Assembly (NCBI GenBank): GCA_965215185.1
Contig: OZ244034.1
Location: 2,464,001-2,528,000, forward strand
From: Acidimicrobiia bacterium
GTDB taxonomy: Bacteria > Actinomycetota > Acidimicrobiia > Spongiisociales > ZC4RG35
Direction of reading: 5' to 3'
Length of the DNA stretch: 64,000 nt
Translations under genes and position numbers: made by a program
The notes under the pieces: generated by a model
Told to the model about the DNA's origin: nothing
The model's input: the letters and a program-made list of their open reading frames with translations, nothing else
Database searches by the model: none
In this document: positions 41,068 through 51,834 of the stretch, one piece after another
Layout of the letters: every line of letters starts with the position of its first letter
How positions within the stretch are numbered: the stretch's first letter is position 1

Positions 41068-43906
41068 GACTCTTCGGAAATGAGGGGGGAGTAGGGGATC
41101 TGGCAGGGGGTTGGGAATCCACCAAAAGTGAGGAGGGGCCCTCCATAATCGGCTGTTGGAAAACGACATCCGAGGCAGGAGGACCCCTGTGGAGACTGAT
41201 CCTACGCGCATGAGCGAGAAGTTGGTAGGCCTAGGCGACGTGGAGTTGGTCGGGATCGACGACCTGGGCGAGGGGGAACCCTTGGTGGTGGTGATCCGTT
41301 CCCGCATGGCTCGTCCGACCTGTGAGGGCTGTGGTGGACGGGTGTGGTCCAAGGGGTATCGCACCGCCCTGTTGGTGGATCTGCCGGCGTTCGGCCGTCC
41401 GGTTCGGCTGCGGTGGCGGAAGCGTCGCTGGACGTGCCCGAACCCCGAGTGTGCGGTCGCTTCGTTCGTTGAACAAGACCCCACGATCGGTCCGGCTCGG
41501 GCGTTGCTGACATCCCGGGCCGCTCGGTGGGTCACCGTCCAGGTCGGACGGTCGGGCCGCCCGGTCCAAGAGGTCGCCGAAGAGCTGGGCTGTGATTGGC
41601 ATACGGTCAACGACGAGGTGCGCCGCTGGGGTGAAGCACTCTTGGAAGCCGATGCCGATCGGGTAGGGGCAGTCGAGGCTGTGGGCGTGGACGAGACGTT
41701 GTTCTGGCGGAAAGGCAGATGGCGGACCAAGCAGTGGTGCACCTCGGTGGTTGATGTGGGAGGCCACCAGTTGATCGACATAGTGGCGGGTAGAACAGCT
41801 AATAGTGCCGAAGGGCCTGTCAAATCGTCTGTGTGAGGGTGTGGGTCCATGGGTTTTTAGCGGGTTAGGTTTAGTCGGTTAGGGAAGTGGATTTCGAGTT
41901 GGTTTAGGGCTGTTTTCCAGCCGCGGGTGCCGGTACCGAGGTTTCCTCCTCGTTTGTTGGTTATGTTTCGGGCGGCGAGGCGCAGCAGCTTTAGAGCGGA
42001 TTGGTCGGTGGGGAAATGCCCCCTGGTTTTGGTGACTTTCCGCAGTTGGTAGTGGACGCTTTCGACGACGTTGGTTGTGTACACGACCTTGCGAAGCTCT
42101 GGCGGGAACCGCAGGAACGGGGTGAACTCTTCCCACGCCTGGCGCCATATTCGTATAACGCCGGGATAGCGGTCTCCCCATTGTTCCTCGAGCTCGTCCA
42201 ACGCCTTCCCGGCGGCTTCGGCGTTTACCGCGGTGTAAACACGTCGCAAGCCCGCCACAATGGCTTTTCGGTCTTTCCAACTGCATAGGCGCATCGAGGC
42301 TCGCAGCAGGTGGATCACACAGGTCTGCACCAGCGCCTGGGGCCATGTCGCCTCAATAGCGTCCGGGAGCCCCTTCAGGCCGTCACAGCACACGATCAGC
42401 ACGTCTTCGAGGCCTCGGTTGCGTATCTCGGTCAATACCGACAGCCAGAAGTTTGGCGCCTTCGCCGCCGTCGCCGAGCCATACCCCCAGCACGTGTTTA
42501 CGTCCGTCCACGTCCACTCCAACGACCACGTACGCTGGGCGGTTGATAACAGTTCCGTTGGTTTTAGACCTTGACCACCATGGCATCTATGTACAACATG
42601 GGATAACACCCGTCAAGCGGCCGGTTCTGCCAGTCTGTGAGCTCCTCAACGATCCCGTCGGTGACTTTGGACACCAACGCCGGCGACACATCCACGCCGT
42701 ACATGCGTTTCAGTTCCAAGCCGATATCACGAGTGGACAGGCCACGGGCGTACAACGCCACGATATTGGAATTGAACCGTTCCAGGCGCCGGGCGCCCTT
42801 GGGAACGATCCTGGGCTCAAACGTGGCGTTACGGTCCCGTGGCACATCCAAATCCACCGCGCCGATCTCGGTAAGCACCTGTTTGGGAGAGGACCCGTTA
42901 CGGTTGTTACCCGTACCATGACCCATCGGATCACCAGACTCATAACCCAGGTGATCGGTCATCTCCTCAGCCAAAGCACGTTCCAGAATCCGCTTCGTCA
43001 ACTCCGCCAACACCCCATCAGGACCCAAAAGGTCCACACCACCAGCAGCAGCGTCCGAAACCACCGCCTCCACCACCTCATCAGACACCACACCAGCAGC
43101 CACCACAGCGGCCTCCGTCACATCATGTTCAATAGGCATCACAACACTCTCCTTTCGGGCCGGCTCTCACACCAGCCACAGCAATTAGAGAACCCACCTC
43201 ACACAGACATGTATACAGGCTCGGTTCCGGTCACAGCCCGCCGAGTGGATCGAGGGGATCCGCTGGGCCGTGTTGGACATGTCAGGCCCGTACCGGAAAG
43301 CCTACGACCGGGTCCTGCCCCACGCTCTGCAGGTAGCAGACCCGTTCCACGTCACACGCTTAGCCAACCAGCGCCTCGACGAAGTCCGCACACGGGTCCA
43401 GAACGAAACCCTCGGACACCGAGGCCGCAAAGGCGACCCACTGTATCGAGCGCGGCGTCTCCTCAAGGCTGCTTCCGAACGGATCAGCGACCGAGGCCGA
43501 ACACGGCTCCGTGGCCTCCTCAACGCCGGCGACCCCCACGGAGAAGTCCGCACCGCCTGGCACGCCAAAGAGACAGTACGGGGCATCTACGACATCGACA
43601 GCATCGCCGTCGCGTTCCGCTACACCCTGCAGCTCGCCGACGACCTCCAGGACGAATCCTGCCCACCCGAGATCAACAAACTGGGCCGGACCATCGCCCG
43701 CTGGACACCCCAGATCACCAACTGGCACATCTCCAAGGTGACCAACGGACCCACCGAAGCCCTCAACAACCTCATCAAGAGAATCAAACGAACAGCCTTC
43801 GGGTTCCGCAACTTCTCGAACTACCGAATCCGGGCCCTCCTCTACGCCGGGAAGCCCAACTGGGACCTACTCGCATCGGTCACTCCCCACTGATATCCGA
43901 TGAGCC
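41068..43906 (+). mobile_element. ISL3 family element interrupted by IS256
   Basis: Ends GACTCTTCGGAAAT and ATCCGATGAGCC; the two halves are close to the 53827-55259 copy. Confidence 0.92.
41813..43222 (-). mobile_element. IS256 family element; transposase has two +1 frameshifts
   Basis: Inverted repeats GGGCCTGT...GTCTGTGTGAG and GAGCCTGT...GTCTGTGTGAG; [23 protein letters not shown]. Confidence 0.92.
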
Positions 43907-44239
43907 AGATAACGGACCTGAGATGATCGCCTGGGTCCTACGCGACTGGTGCCGCCTGCGAGGTCTCGGCATCATCTACATCGAACCGGGATCCCCGTGG
44001 CAGAACCCGTGGGTTGAGTCGTTCAACGGCAGAGTCAGGGACGAACTGTTGAACATCACCGAGTTCGGATCTCTCACCGAGGCCCGCGTACTGATCGAGG
44101 ATTGGAGGAATGAATACAACACCTGGCGGCCACACAGCAGTCTTGGAGGGCTCACCCCCATCGAGTACGCTGACCAGTGCCGACACGAACACCAACCAAC
44201 ACACCCATAACAGCCGGACCTATTCCCGGGGCCCTGTCA
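43907..44239 (+). mobile_element. IS3 family 3' remnant (integrase core and right end)
   Basis: DNGPE...PGSPWQN..VESFNG..RDE, YN..RPHSSLG; ends in ...CCCTGTCA. Confidence 0.88.
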
Positions 44240-44240
44240 A

Positions 44241-44470
44241 CTGGACGGTCAAGACCCCGTCACACTGGCCGACGCCGGATGTCGCCTCGGTGTCTCTCAT
44301 CAGCGGATTCAGCAGCTTGAACTGCAACTACGTCGAAACCGAGATCGAGCACAACCACCAGCAGGGATTTGGATGCCACAAATCTCCGAAGCTGAAAGAA
44401 ACGGATGGCCCAATGAATTCACCCACCGTGGTATCGACGCGATCCGATCCTTCTTCGGGCACAGGCTAAA
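44241..44470 (+). pseudogene. Sigma-70 region 4-like HTH fragment
   Basis: VTLADAGCRLGVSHQRIQQLE, read manually. Confidence 0.45.
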
Positions 44471-44519
44471 TCAGGTTGCATTCCCAGGGACCGGGTACGG
44501 CTCGATCGTGTCCCCCGTC

Positions 44520-44809
44520 ACCATCATCTCATCCAACACAGCAAGCCCCGTTGACACCGAAAGGGCCAACAGACCCTCCCGGGCCACTTGGGCGATATCG
44601 CCCAACGCAACAACCACCTCTTGGGGCAGCCGGCCCATCATCTCTCCCACATCGCCAGAATCAGCGACATTCACCTTCTCATCGACTACGTTCCTACCCG
44701 TGGCGGTCCCTCTCCTTTCGGAATCGTATTGTACCGCCCGATCCTGCCACACGGCGGGGACCAGGCGGGGGACCGCCACCCTCACTTCACCAGCATTTGG
44801 GACAACCTC
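44520..44809 (-). mobile_element. Second IS256-type element, 5' remnant
   Basis: AREGLLALSVSTGLAVLDEMM N-terminus; terminal GAGGTTGTCCC. Confidence 0.6.
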
Positions 44810-44885
44810 CCTGAGAACCCGGTCACTGGGATACTCCCTACTGAGTTGATTGTGCGCACCACGCGTGGCGCTTTTACCCCAACCG

Positions 44886-46550
44886 TCACTTGATCCCGTC
44901 ACTTGATCTGACTGTCCTCTCGACGTCCTCCTCCGACTGAAACGTATCAGTCACGGTTGGGTCGTTCCCACCTGAGACAGATCCACCGATCAAACTCAGC
45001 CCACCCGGTTCGGCGAACGCAGTCGGTGATCCGCCGGGCTGGTCGGCAGCTCGCGCTACCGTGACTACATTTCGTCCTCGTCTGGCCAACTCTTTCCCGA
45101 CGCGTATCAGTTTCTTGTCAATGAGGATGGTGTTGGGCGAACCCGGTATCGAACCGACGTCGAATCGCGGTGCCGTAAGGGCCTCCCGCATTTCCATCCC
45201 AAACACGGAGACGTTCAATGCTACCTGGGTCATTGCTGAGACCGTTCGATTGCCGCCCGGACACGAAATCCCGAACAACGCCCCATCGCTGCTCCGGTAG
45301 CCAACGACCGGCCACCCTGGTATCGGCCTCGTCTGCCCTGGGGCTGCGGAAGTCGCCGTGCCGGGAATCGGATTGAAACCCAGCATCTGGTTGTTGAGTA
45401 AGACCCCAGTTTCAGGAGCGACGATTCCCGACCCGAAGAGGTATCCGTGTGTCTGAAGCACCGTGATAATCGTGCCCCCGGAATCAAGAACTGAAAAACC
45501 CGTTGTGTGACCATGTCCCAACGGCAAAGTCTCTGACGGCCCGGGAAGCGGCATCCGAATGCTATCGGAGAGGCGCCTGAGATACGCGGGGTCGAGCATC
45601 TCGTCGATCGTCGCCGGCGCGCCACGAGACCCAAGGTACTTCCGGAATTCATGTTGAGTAATCCCGATGCATTTGCATGCAAGGTCGACGTACTCTGCTG
45701 AATTGTGTCCGCGCTTGTAGACCTCCTTAGCGTGCAGCAACTCAAGGGTCTGGAGCAAGGTGAAGTCGGGGCCAGTGATCAGTGCCCAATCGCCGATCTT
45801 TCTTATCGTCGCCGAGCTGTGGTGGCCTCCGAATGACCGAAGATCGTTGGTGGATATCCAGTTCCCTCCAGTAGCGGCCACAATAGCCTCGGCCACAGGT
45901 CCATCATAAAACCCGCTGCGACCGTTGTTGGCGATCATACGCAGCGTGCCAGCTAGGTCGGATTGAATCAGGCAGTTAGGGTTCTCCGGCGCGACTTGGA
46001 TATCCAGTGTCAGGTCAGCAAAGTTCGAGGTAAACACTCGCATGGCTTCTTCGTCGAAGATGCCCGTAGCAACCGCCTGGAATAAGTAGATCATGTCGCT
46101 CCAACCGAGGTTGAATCCTTGTTCGGCGAACTTGATCGCGGGTGCGATGAGACTTGCAAGCGGAAGCCGACCACCGATCTCGTGTGAAGCGCATAGACCT
46201 GCAACCACCCCCGGTATCGCCACCGACCGCCGGCCGACTTCATTTGCCCTCTCTTCAACCCCCGGGAAACCCCAAATGCCGGCTTTCTCGCCCTCCTTCA
46301 CCTTGTAGATGTCTCCTCGTGCCCCCGAAGGGGCTGTGATAGGAGATTCGATTACACCGCTAGAACCGTCTCTTCCCCTGTAGACGAGTTGGAAGGCACC
46401 ACCGCCCAGTCCAGACATATGTGGCTGTACGACGGCGAGAGTAAAGCCGATCGCGACTACGGCGTCCCAAGCGTTGCCCCCCTCCTCAAGTACCGAGAGC
46501 CCTACCTCGGTAGCAAGGGGATGTTTGGTGACGACGACGCTCGGCGGCAC
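44886..46550 (-). CDS. Gamma-glutamyltransferase-fold Ntn hydrolase
   Basis: GGNAWDA, SGLGGG, FYDG, HTTGFSVLD (nucleophile Thr), FGSG, LLNN. Confidence 0.88.
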   Translation of the reverse strand: MPPSVVVTKHPLATEVGLSVLEEGGNAWDAVVAIGFTLAVVQPHMSGLGGGAFQLVYRGRDGSSGVIESPITAPSGARGDIYKVKEGEKAGIWGFPGVEERANEVGRRSVAIPGVVAGLCASHEIGGRLPLASLIAPAIKFAEQGFNLGWSDMIYLFQAVATGIFDEEAMRVFTSNFADLTLDIQVAPENPNCLIQSDLAGTLRMIANNGRSGFYDGPVAEAIVAATGGNWISTNDLRSFGGHHSSATIRKIGDWALITGPDFTLLQTLELLHAKEVYKRGHNSAEYVDLACKCIGITQHEFRKYLGSRGAPATIDEMLDPAYLRRLSDSIRMPLPGPSETLPLGHGHTTGFSVLDSGGTIITVLQTHGYLFGSGIVAPETGVLLNNQMLGFNPIPGTATSAAPGQTRPIPGWPVVGYRSSDGALFGISCPGGNRTVSAMTQVALNVSVFGMEMREALTAPRFDVGSIPGSPNTILIDKKLIRVGKELARRGRNVVTVARAADQPGGSPTAFAEPGGLSLIGGSVSGGNDPTVTDTFQSEEDVERTVRSSDGIK

Positions 46551-46558
46551 GTGCAGAC

Positions 46559-47770
46559 CTAGAGACTCGTCGTGGCTGTCAATGCGGCATCAAAGTGTGC
46601 CTGCAAGCTCTCCATCATCTCCTGCGAGCTGACGTCCCCCCGAAGGGCCCTTTGCATGGTGGTAGGCCAGGCGCTCTCAACGAATTCGCCGAATCCGGGA
46701 TGAAGCCATGGGTCCGCTCCCCGATTCGGGAGCGAATTGATAGATACCTCAAATATCGGGTCACTCCGATAAAAGGAATCGTTCATTAGTGACTTGACGT
46801 TGGGAAGCATCGGGCGCCTAGAATTCTTGCACCATCTTTCGACTTGTGGCGCTTCGGCTAGCCACGAGATGAACCGCCAAGCCCCCTCCTTGTTGGATGC
46901 TCCCTTGTATATGGCGTGATTCTGAGGGTAGAAGGTCGTCCAAGAGCCCCCGGGCCCGGACGGCATCGGCACGGCGCCGATCTTATCGCCAAGCTCCTCG
47001 CGGAGGATTGCCTGCAGATGAATCGTGTGGGCTACCATCGCGATCTTCCCCGCGACAATTTGCTCGACGTGTTCGCCGACGCTATCGGTAATGGCACTCG
47101 GTGGTGTGACCCGGTGTCGGGAATAGAGGTCGATATACCACTGATTAGCCTCGATGGCCTCAGGCGTATTCAGTGTGATATTCCCTTCATCATCATTGAA
47201 CTGAAGTCCATGCGCACGGGTCAGGTCGCCCCAGAACCGATGGCCTACTCGGGAGCCCCTCATGCCAAACCCGTAGCGCTCTGGGGCATGGGTGAGAGCA
47301 AGGGCGGCGTCCAAGAACTCATCGAGTGTGGTCGGAGGAGTCAGTCCCAGGGAATCGAAGATGTCGGTTCGGTAATACAAGATATCAACGCCTCGCCCGC
47401 CCCCCACAACAAAGTGTGGCGAGTCTGGCGCGCCGCCCATCTCTCCCCAGTATCCGTCGACAAAATCCTCGGCCGCCGCCCAGTCTGCGATAAAGGGATC
47501 CAGAGGCTCGAGCATGTCCTTGGCCACGAACTCTCCTAGCCAGTACTCGGGGACATCCGAGCAGTCTGGTGGATTGCCACTCTCTGCCGCTTCGACGAGC
47601 ATTTCGTGCTCTCGGTTCCAGGGGACCTCAACCATCTCGACGTGGAGATCAGGGTTGATGTTGTTAAAATCTCGAACCATCCCCCAGAACACTGGGTCGT
47701 TTGGGATATCGAGATGTCGCCAAAAAACGACATTTTCCTTGTCTGTCATTACTCTCTTCACTCTCTTCAT
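46559..47770 (-). CDS. Family 1 (sugar-type) solute-binding-fold protein without a signal peptide
   Basis: GNPPD, LEPLD, LYYRTD, PPTT, GKIAM, NKEGAWRF. Confidence 0.82.
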   Translation of the reverse strand: MKRVKRVMTDKENVVFWRHLDIPNDPVFWGMVRDFNNINPDLHVEMVEVPWNREHEMLVEAAESGNPPDCSDVPEYWLGEFVAKDMLEPLDPFIADWAAAEDFVDGYWGEMGGAPDSPHFVVGGGRGVDILYYRTDIFDSLGLTPPTTLDEFLDAALALTHAPERYGFGMRGSRVGHRFWGDLTRAHGLQFNDDEGNITLNTPEAIEANQWYIDLYSRHRVTPPSAITDSVGEHVEQIVAGKIAMVAHTIHLQAILREELGDKIGAVPMPSGPGGSWTTFYPQNHAIYKGASNKEGAWRFISWLAEAPQVERWCKNSRRPMLPNVKSLMNDSFYRSDPIFEVSINSLPNRGADPWLHPGFGEFVESAWPTTMQRALRGDVSSQEMMESLQAHFDAALTATTSL

Positions 47771-47812
47771 TGTTTCGCGTAGTACATAGTGATCCCATGG
47801 CGCCCGCCAAGG

Positions 47813-48907
47813 TTAGGTGTAGGTGTGAATCTGGTTCCTCTCGTTGATACCGTCCGGCCGAAAACCACGAGCAGCGATTTCCCTGAAAGCGCTTACTGCG
47901 TATCCAATATCAGCTTCATCGATCCCCTGATACGTACAGAGCCTGATCGTGTAAGGAGCCGTCGAGAGTGCCATCACGTTCAATTCGCGCAGTGACTGCA
48001 GGACGGTTTCGGCACTGAATCCTGTTCCGGACACGTCGACATAGACCATGTTGGTCTGTACCCGCTCCAAGTCGACCGTCAAGCCCTCAACGCTCGCTAT
48101 GCCTTCCGCGAGCGTACGTGCATGCCTGGCATCGACCGCGAGACGATCCACCATCGAATCGAGTGCGACCAAACCTGCAGCGGCGATAATGCCAGACTGG
48201 CGCATTCCACCGCCAATCATCTGTCGGTTCCTTCGAGCTGCCGCGATGAAGTCACCAGAGCCAGCGAGGGCCGCTCCCAGGGGAGCCGACAAACCCTTGG
48301 TTAAGCAGAACGTCACGGAGTCTCCCCACATGCACAGATCATCTGGACCAACACCAAGCGCAACAGCTGCTTCGAAGATTCGAGCTCCGTCGATGTGGAC
48401 CGGAACGGCATGCCTTGCCGCGACCTCGCTCAGTTGTTGCATTCGCTCAAGAGTGACCACGGTGCCTCCACCGCGGTTGTTGGTGTTCTCGACAATGATC
48501 AAGCCGGTGGTGGGGCGATGCGTGCTTGATCCTGGTCTGATCGCGGCTTCCACCGCAGCGGGGTCCAAGCCCTGTGGCCCGCTCGGGAGTGGGCGGCAGG
48601 CGAGTCCTGCAACCCGCGCATAGCCTGCAACTTCGGCGTTGTAGAAATGAGTATCGTCGCCGACGATGACTTCTTGGCCTGGCCTGGAATGGGTCATCGC
48701 GGCAACGAGGTTGCCCATCGTCCCGCTGAGGACGAGCAGCGCCGCCTCCTTGCCAACGAGTTCTGCCGCTTTCTGCTCGAACTCGATGGTCAGCCGATCC
48801 TCCCCGTACTGATCGTCGCCCAGCGGAGCATCAGCAATGGCAGTCCGCATGGCTTCCGTGGGTAGCGACAGCGTGTCACTACGAAGATCAACAAACCGCC
48901 CGCTCAT
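47813..48907 (-). CDS. ltaE: Low-specificity L-threonine aldolase
   Basis: DLRSDT, SGTMGN, ENT, HIDGARIF, CLTKGLSAP, GGGMRQ. Confidence 0.92.
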   Translation of the reverse strand: MSGRFVDLRSDTLSLPTEAMRTAIADAPLGDDQYGEDRLTIEFEQKAAELVGKEAALLVLSGTMGNLVAAMTHSRPGQEVIVGDDTHFYNAEVAGYARVAGLACRPLPSGPQGLDPAAVEAAIRPGSSTHRPTTGLIIVENTNNRGGGTVVTLERMQQLSEVAARHAVPVHIDGARIFEAAVALGVGPDDLCMWGDSVTFCLTKGLSAPLGAALAGSGDFIAAARRNRQMIGGGMRQSGIIAAAGLVALDSMVDRLAVDARHARTLAEGIASVEGLTVDLERVQTNMVYVDVSGTGFSAETVLQSLRELNVMALSTAPYTIRLCTYQGIDEADIGYAVSAFREIAARGFRPDGINERNQIHTYT

Positions 48908-49662
48908 GTACGACCTCCTTCGACATATGGACTGGCGAATAGGCGCCCCAGGCCGTTGACGTTCGGCTGGACCCCGCTGAGATGCAGGGCCTCCCACATC
49001 GTCGCCTGGAGGGCTGAGACGATGGGTTTTCCGAGGTCCTCTTCCAACGCATCGATGATCGGCAAGCTCCGAATCCCAGTGCAAGCCACATACACCCCGT
49101 CACAGTCCTTGGAATTGACCTGGCGCACCAAGCGGGCGACCTCTTCGAGGGAAATGTGGCCGAGGTCAGGCCCATGAATTCCGAGGTTTTGCTGCCGAAT
49201 GATCTTGAAGCCACTCGCGTCAAGAAACTCGGAGAGCAAAACGTCTATCTCGCCTATGTAGGGAGACGCTATCGAGATCCTCTCAAGGGAGAGCGAATTC
49301 AAAGCATTAACTGTTGCGGTGGCTGCGTTAGACGCTGGGATCCCCCCAGCCGCGTCCGACAACCTCGAATTCAGTTCGGCATCACCGCCATGGCCGCGGA
49401 TAAACCCCGCGGCCGTGCATGCGTATGTAACGACGTCGACGTCAATCTTTCCCAAGCCCTCGGCGAGTCGCTCGGTGTTCTCACTGACCGCCATAGCTTT
49501 GAGGACTTCCACAGACGCTGGCCCGTCAACGAGTGTCCGCGCCAAGTGAACTGCAACGCCACTAGGGACAAAACCCCAAAGCTCGTCGTCGATATTTCCA
49601 GTTTCCGGCCAAAGGACGCCGATTCGCGCCCGCCAGCCAGGATTGATACTTGTGGTGCTCAT
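48904..49662 (-). CDS. Maleate cis-trans isomerase / Asp-Glu racemase family (EutA-like)
   Basis: YACT and VACTG cysteine pair, SPY, LGKPIVS. Confidence 0.88.
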   Translation of the reverse strand: MSTTSINPGWRARIGVLWPETGNIDDELWGFVPSGVAVHLARTLVDGPASVEVLKAMAVSENTERLAEGLGKIDVDVVTYACTAAGFIRGHGGDAELNSRLSDAAGGIPASNAATATVNALNSLSLERISIASPYIGEIDVLLSEFLDASGFKIIRQQNLGIHGPDLGHISLEEVARLVRQVNSKDCDGVYVACTGIRSLPIIDALEEDLGKPIVSALQATMWEALHLSGVQPNVNGLGRLFASPYVEGGRT

Positions 49663-49672
49663 TGGTGCCCTT

Positions 49673-50470
49673 CTATGCGCTAGAGTCGTTTGATTGAGGA
49701 CCTGGGTCGTCGTGCCAACTGAGCTGGTTCAAGAACCCCTTCGTTCGCTCGTGACTAGGATTCGTAAACATCTCGTCCGGTGGACCCGTTTCGACTACTA
49801 CACCCTCATCAAACATATAGACACGGTCTGCGGCTCGCCGAGCGAACCCCATCTCGTGGGAGACGACGATCATGGTCATCCCTCCATCGGCTAGTTGCTT
49901 CATCACTTGGAGGACGTCGCTCACCAGTTCAGGATCCAACGCCGATGTGGGCTCGTCGAACAACAAAACGGCCGGGTCCATAACAAGAGCTCGGGCTATG
50001 GCCACCCGTTGCGCCTGCCCTCCGGACAGTTGGCCGGGTCGTTGGTCCGCCACTGCCGAGAGGCCGACATTCGCTAGCTCAAAGGCTGCCCGTTCTCGCG
50101 CCGCCTTGCGCCCCATCCCTCTGACCGTAGTGAGGCCCTCCATTACGTTCTCAAGGGCGGTCCGGTGCGGGAAGAGATTGAATTGCTGAAAGACCATCCC
50201 GCACTTCGAGCGCAGAGAGGCGATGTCAGTCGATTTGTCGTTGACGTCTTTGCCAAGGACTGAGATCTTCCCCCCCTGAATCTCTTCGAGGCGGATGACG
50301 CAACGGAGGAACGTACTCTTTCCTGACCCACTCGGACCCATAATCACAACAACTTCTCCCTTACTGACGCCGAGGTTAACCCCCCGGAGGACCTCAACAT
50401 CTCCGTAGTTCTTACGGACATTGACAGCTTCTACCAAGAGGTTCGTGTCACTGAGTGCTGATTCAGTCAA
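49673..50470 (-). CDS. Polar amino-acid ABC ATP-binding protein
   Basis: GPSGSGKST, LSGGQAQR, DEPTSALDPEL; TTG start assumed. Confidence 0.93.
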   Translation of the reverse strand: MTESALSDTNLLVEAVNVRKNYGDVEVLRGVNLGVSKGEVVVIMGPSGSGKSTFLRCVIRLEEIQGGKISVLGKDVNDKSTDIASLRSKCGMVFQQFNLFPHRTALENVMEGLTTVRGMGRKAARERAAFELANVGLSAVADQRPGQLSGGQAQRVAIARALVMDPAVLLFDEPTSALDPELVSDVLQVMKQLADGGMTMIVVSHEMGFARRAADRVYMFDEGVVVETGPPDEMFTNPSHERTKGFLNQLSWHDDPGPQSNDSSA

Positions 50471-51132
50471 TCCAACCTCACTCTGCGGTGGATGAAGTCG
50501 GCCGCACGCGCCTGGGGATATGTAGCGAGAAAATAGATGACACCGACAATTATGTACAACTCGAGGAACTGGAAGGTAATGGTCGCCGCCCACCTTGCTC
50601 TAAAGAAAAGCTCGCTGACCGATATCACAGAGGCGAGCGACGTCTCACGGAAGGTCGACACCCAAAAGGTAGCGATTGGTGGAATAACATATATAATGGC
50701 GATTGGGAGAACGATCCTTCTGTACACTTGGCTTTGCGACATGCCAAGCGCCCGCCCGGCATCCCATTGGCCCTTATCCACAGCGGCAACGCCGGCTCGC
50801 AGAACCTCTCCAAGGAAGGCACCGAGGTTGAGCGACAGTGCCACCCAGGCTGCAAGGAAAGCCGCAGGGGTGATGTTGCCGGTTATTATGGGGATCGCAT
50901 AGAACACCCAGACGAGTTGGGTAAGGAGCGGCGTGTTGCGGAAGAATTCTGTATACACCAGTGTTAATCTCCGCAGCCACGTTGGTCCACTGATGCGAGC
51001 CATTGCAACCATGACTCCAAGGGCGAGGCCTGTGACCATCGATGTAATAGCCAAGAGAATCGTGTTGCCGATCCCCACCAAGACCCACGGTATCCATTCG
51101 AGGGCTATATCCCATTGCCAGTTGTATCCCAT
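50467..51132 (-). CDS. Polar amino-acid ABC permease
   Basis: FRNTPLL, EVLRAG...GQWDA. Confidence 0.9.
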   Translation of the reverse strand: MGYNWQWDIALEWIPWVLVGIGNTILLAITSMVTGLALGVMVAMARISGPTWLRRLTLVYTEFFRNTPLLTQLVWVFYAIPIITGNITPAAFLAAWVALSLNLGAFLGEVLRAGVAAVDKGQWDAGRALGMSQSQVYRRIVLPIAIIYVIPPIATFWVSTFRETSLASVISVSELFFRARWAATITFQFLELYIIVGVIYFLATYPQARAADFIHRRVRLD

Positions 51133-51135
51133 CGC

Positions 51136-51834
51136 TTACTCGACCCTGAGCTTATTATAGGTGATGTTGAACAAGACTGCGATCGGAGTAGTCAGTAGGA
51201 AGTAGAGAACTGCAATTACGGTGTAAGTCTCTAACCTTCTAGACGTCCACATTATCACCGCTTCCCCCTGCCACATCAGATCGGCAACGCCGATCAGGGA
51301 TACGAGTGCAGTCGCCTTCATTAGGCTGATGGTCTGGCTCCCCAACGGCGGAAGCATCCTCACTATCGCCTGTGGAAGGATCACTCTGCGATAGAGCTGT
51401 GGGGTGGACATGCCAATGGCCCGGCCGGCCAGCCATTGCCCCGTGTCGAGACTGTAAATCGCTCCCCGAAATAGCTCCGAGAAAGCAGCACCAGTCGAGA
51501 ACCCGAGGGCCACAATCCCAGCTTGCACAGGGCCGACGTTCGTCCCGATCACAACGGGGAGCAAGAAGAAAGTAAGAAAGATTATGACGATATCGGGCAC
51601 ACTTCTTCCGATGTCGACATAGAGAGTGAGGAACTGGTCGACAGGTCTCGGACCCGCGATGCGGGCCACAGCAACGAAGATTCCTATTGCGACGGCCAAT
51701 GTAAACGAACCTGCCGCTACTAGCAGCGTTATCTTGATCCCGCTGACGAGAAACGGCGCAAGATCGAACACGCCGCTGAAGTCGATGGTATATCCGCCAG
51801 CGGCGAGTACCCAGAATTGTTTCATAACGATCAT
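51136..51834 (-). CDS. Polar amino-acid ABC permease
   Basis: ELFRGAI...GQW, VILPQA...PPL. Confidence 0.9.
   Translation of the reverse strand: MIVMKQFWVLAAGGYTIDFSGVFDLAPFLVSGIKITLLVAAGSFTLAVAIGIFVAVARIAGPRPVDQFLTLYVDIGRSVPDIVIIFLTFFLLPVVIGTNVGPVQAGIVALGFSTGAAFSELFRGAIYSLDTGQWLAGRAIGMSTPQLYRRVILPQAIVRMLPPLGSQTISLMKATALVSLIGVADLMWQGEAVIMWTSRRLETYTVIAVLYFLLTTPIAVLFNITYNKLRVE

Noticed and set aside
42453-44210. 585-aa ORF ending in an integrase core
   Set aside because: Artefact: antisense IS256 and off-frame ISL3 run into the IS3 remnant; only the last 100 or so residues are real
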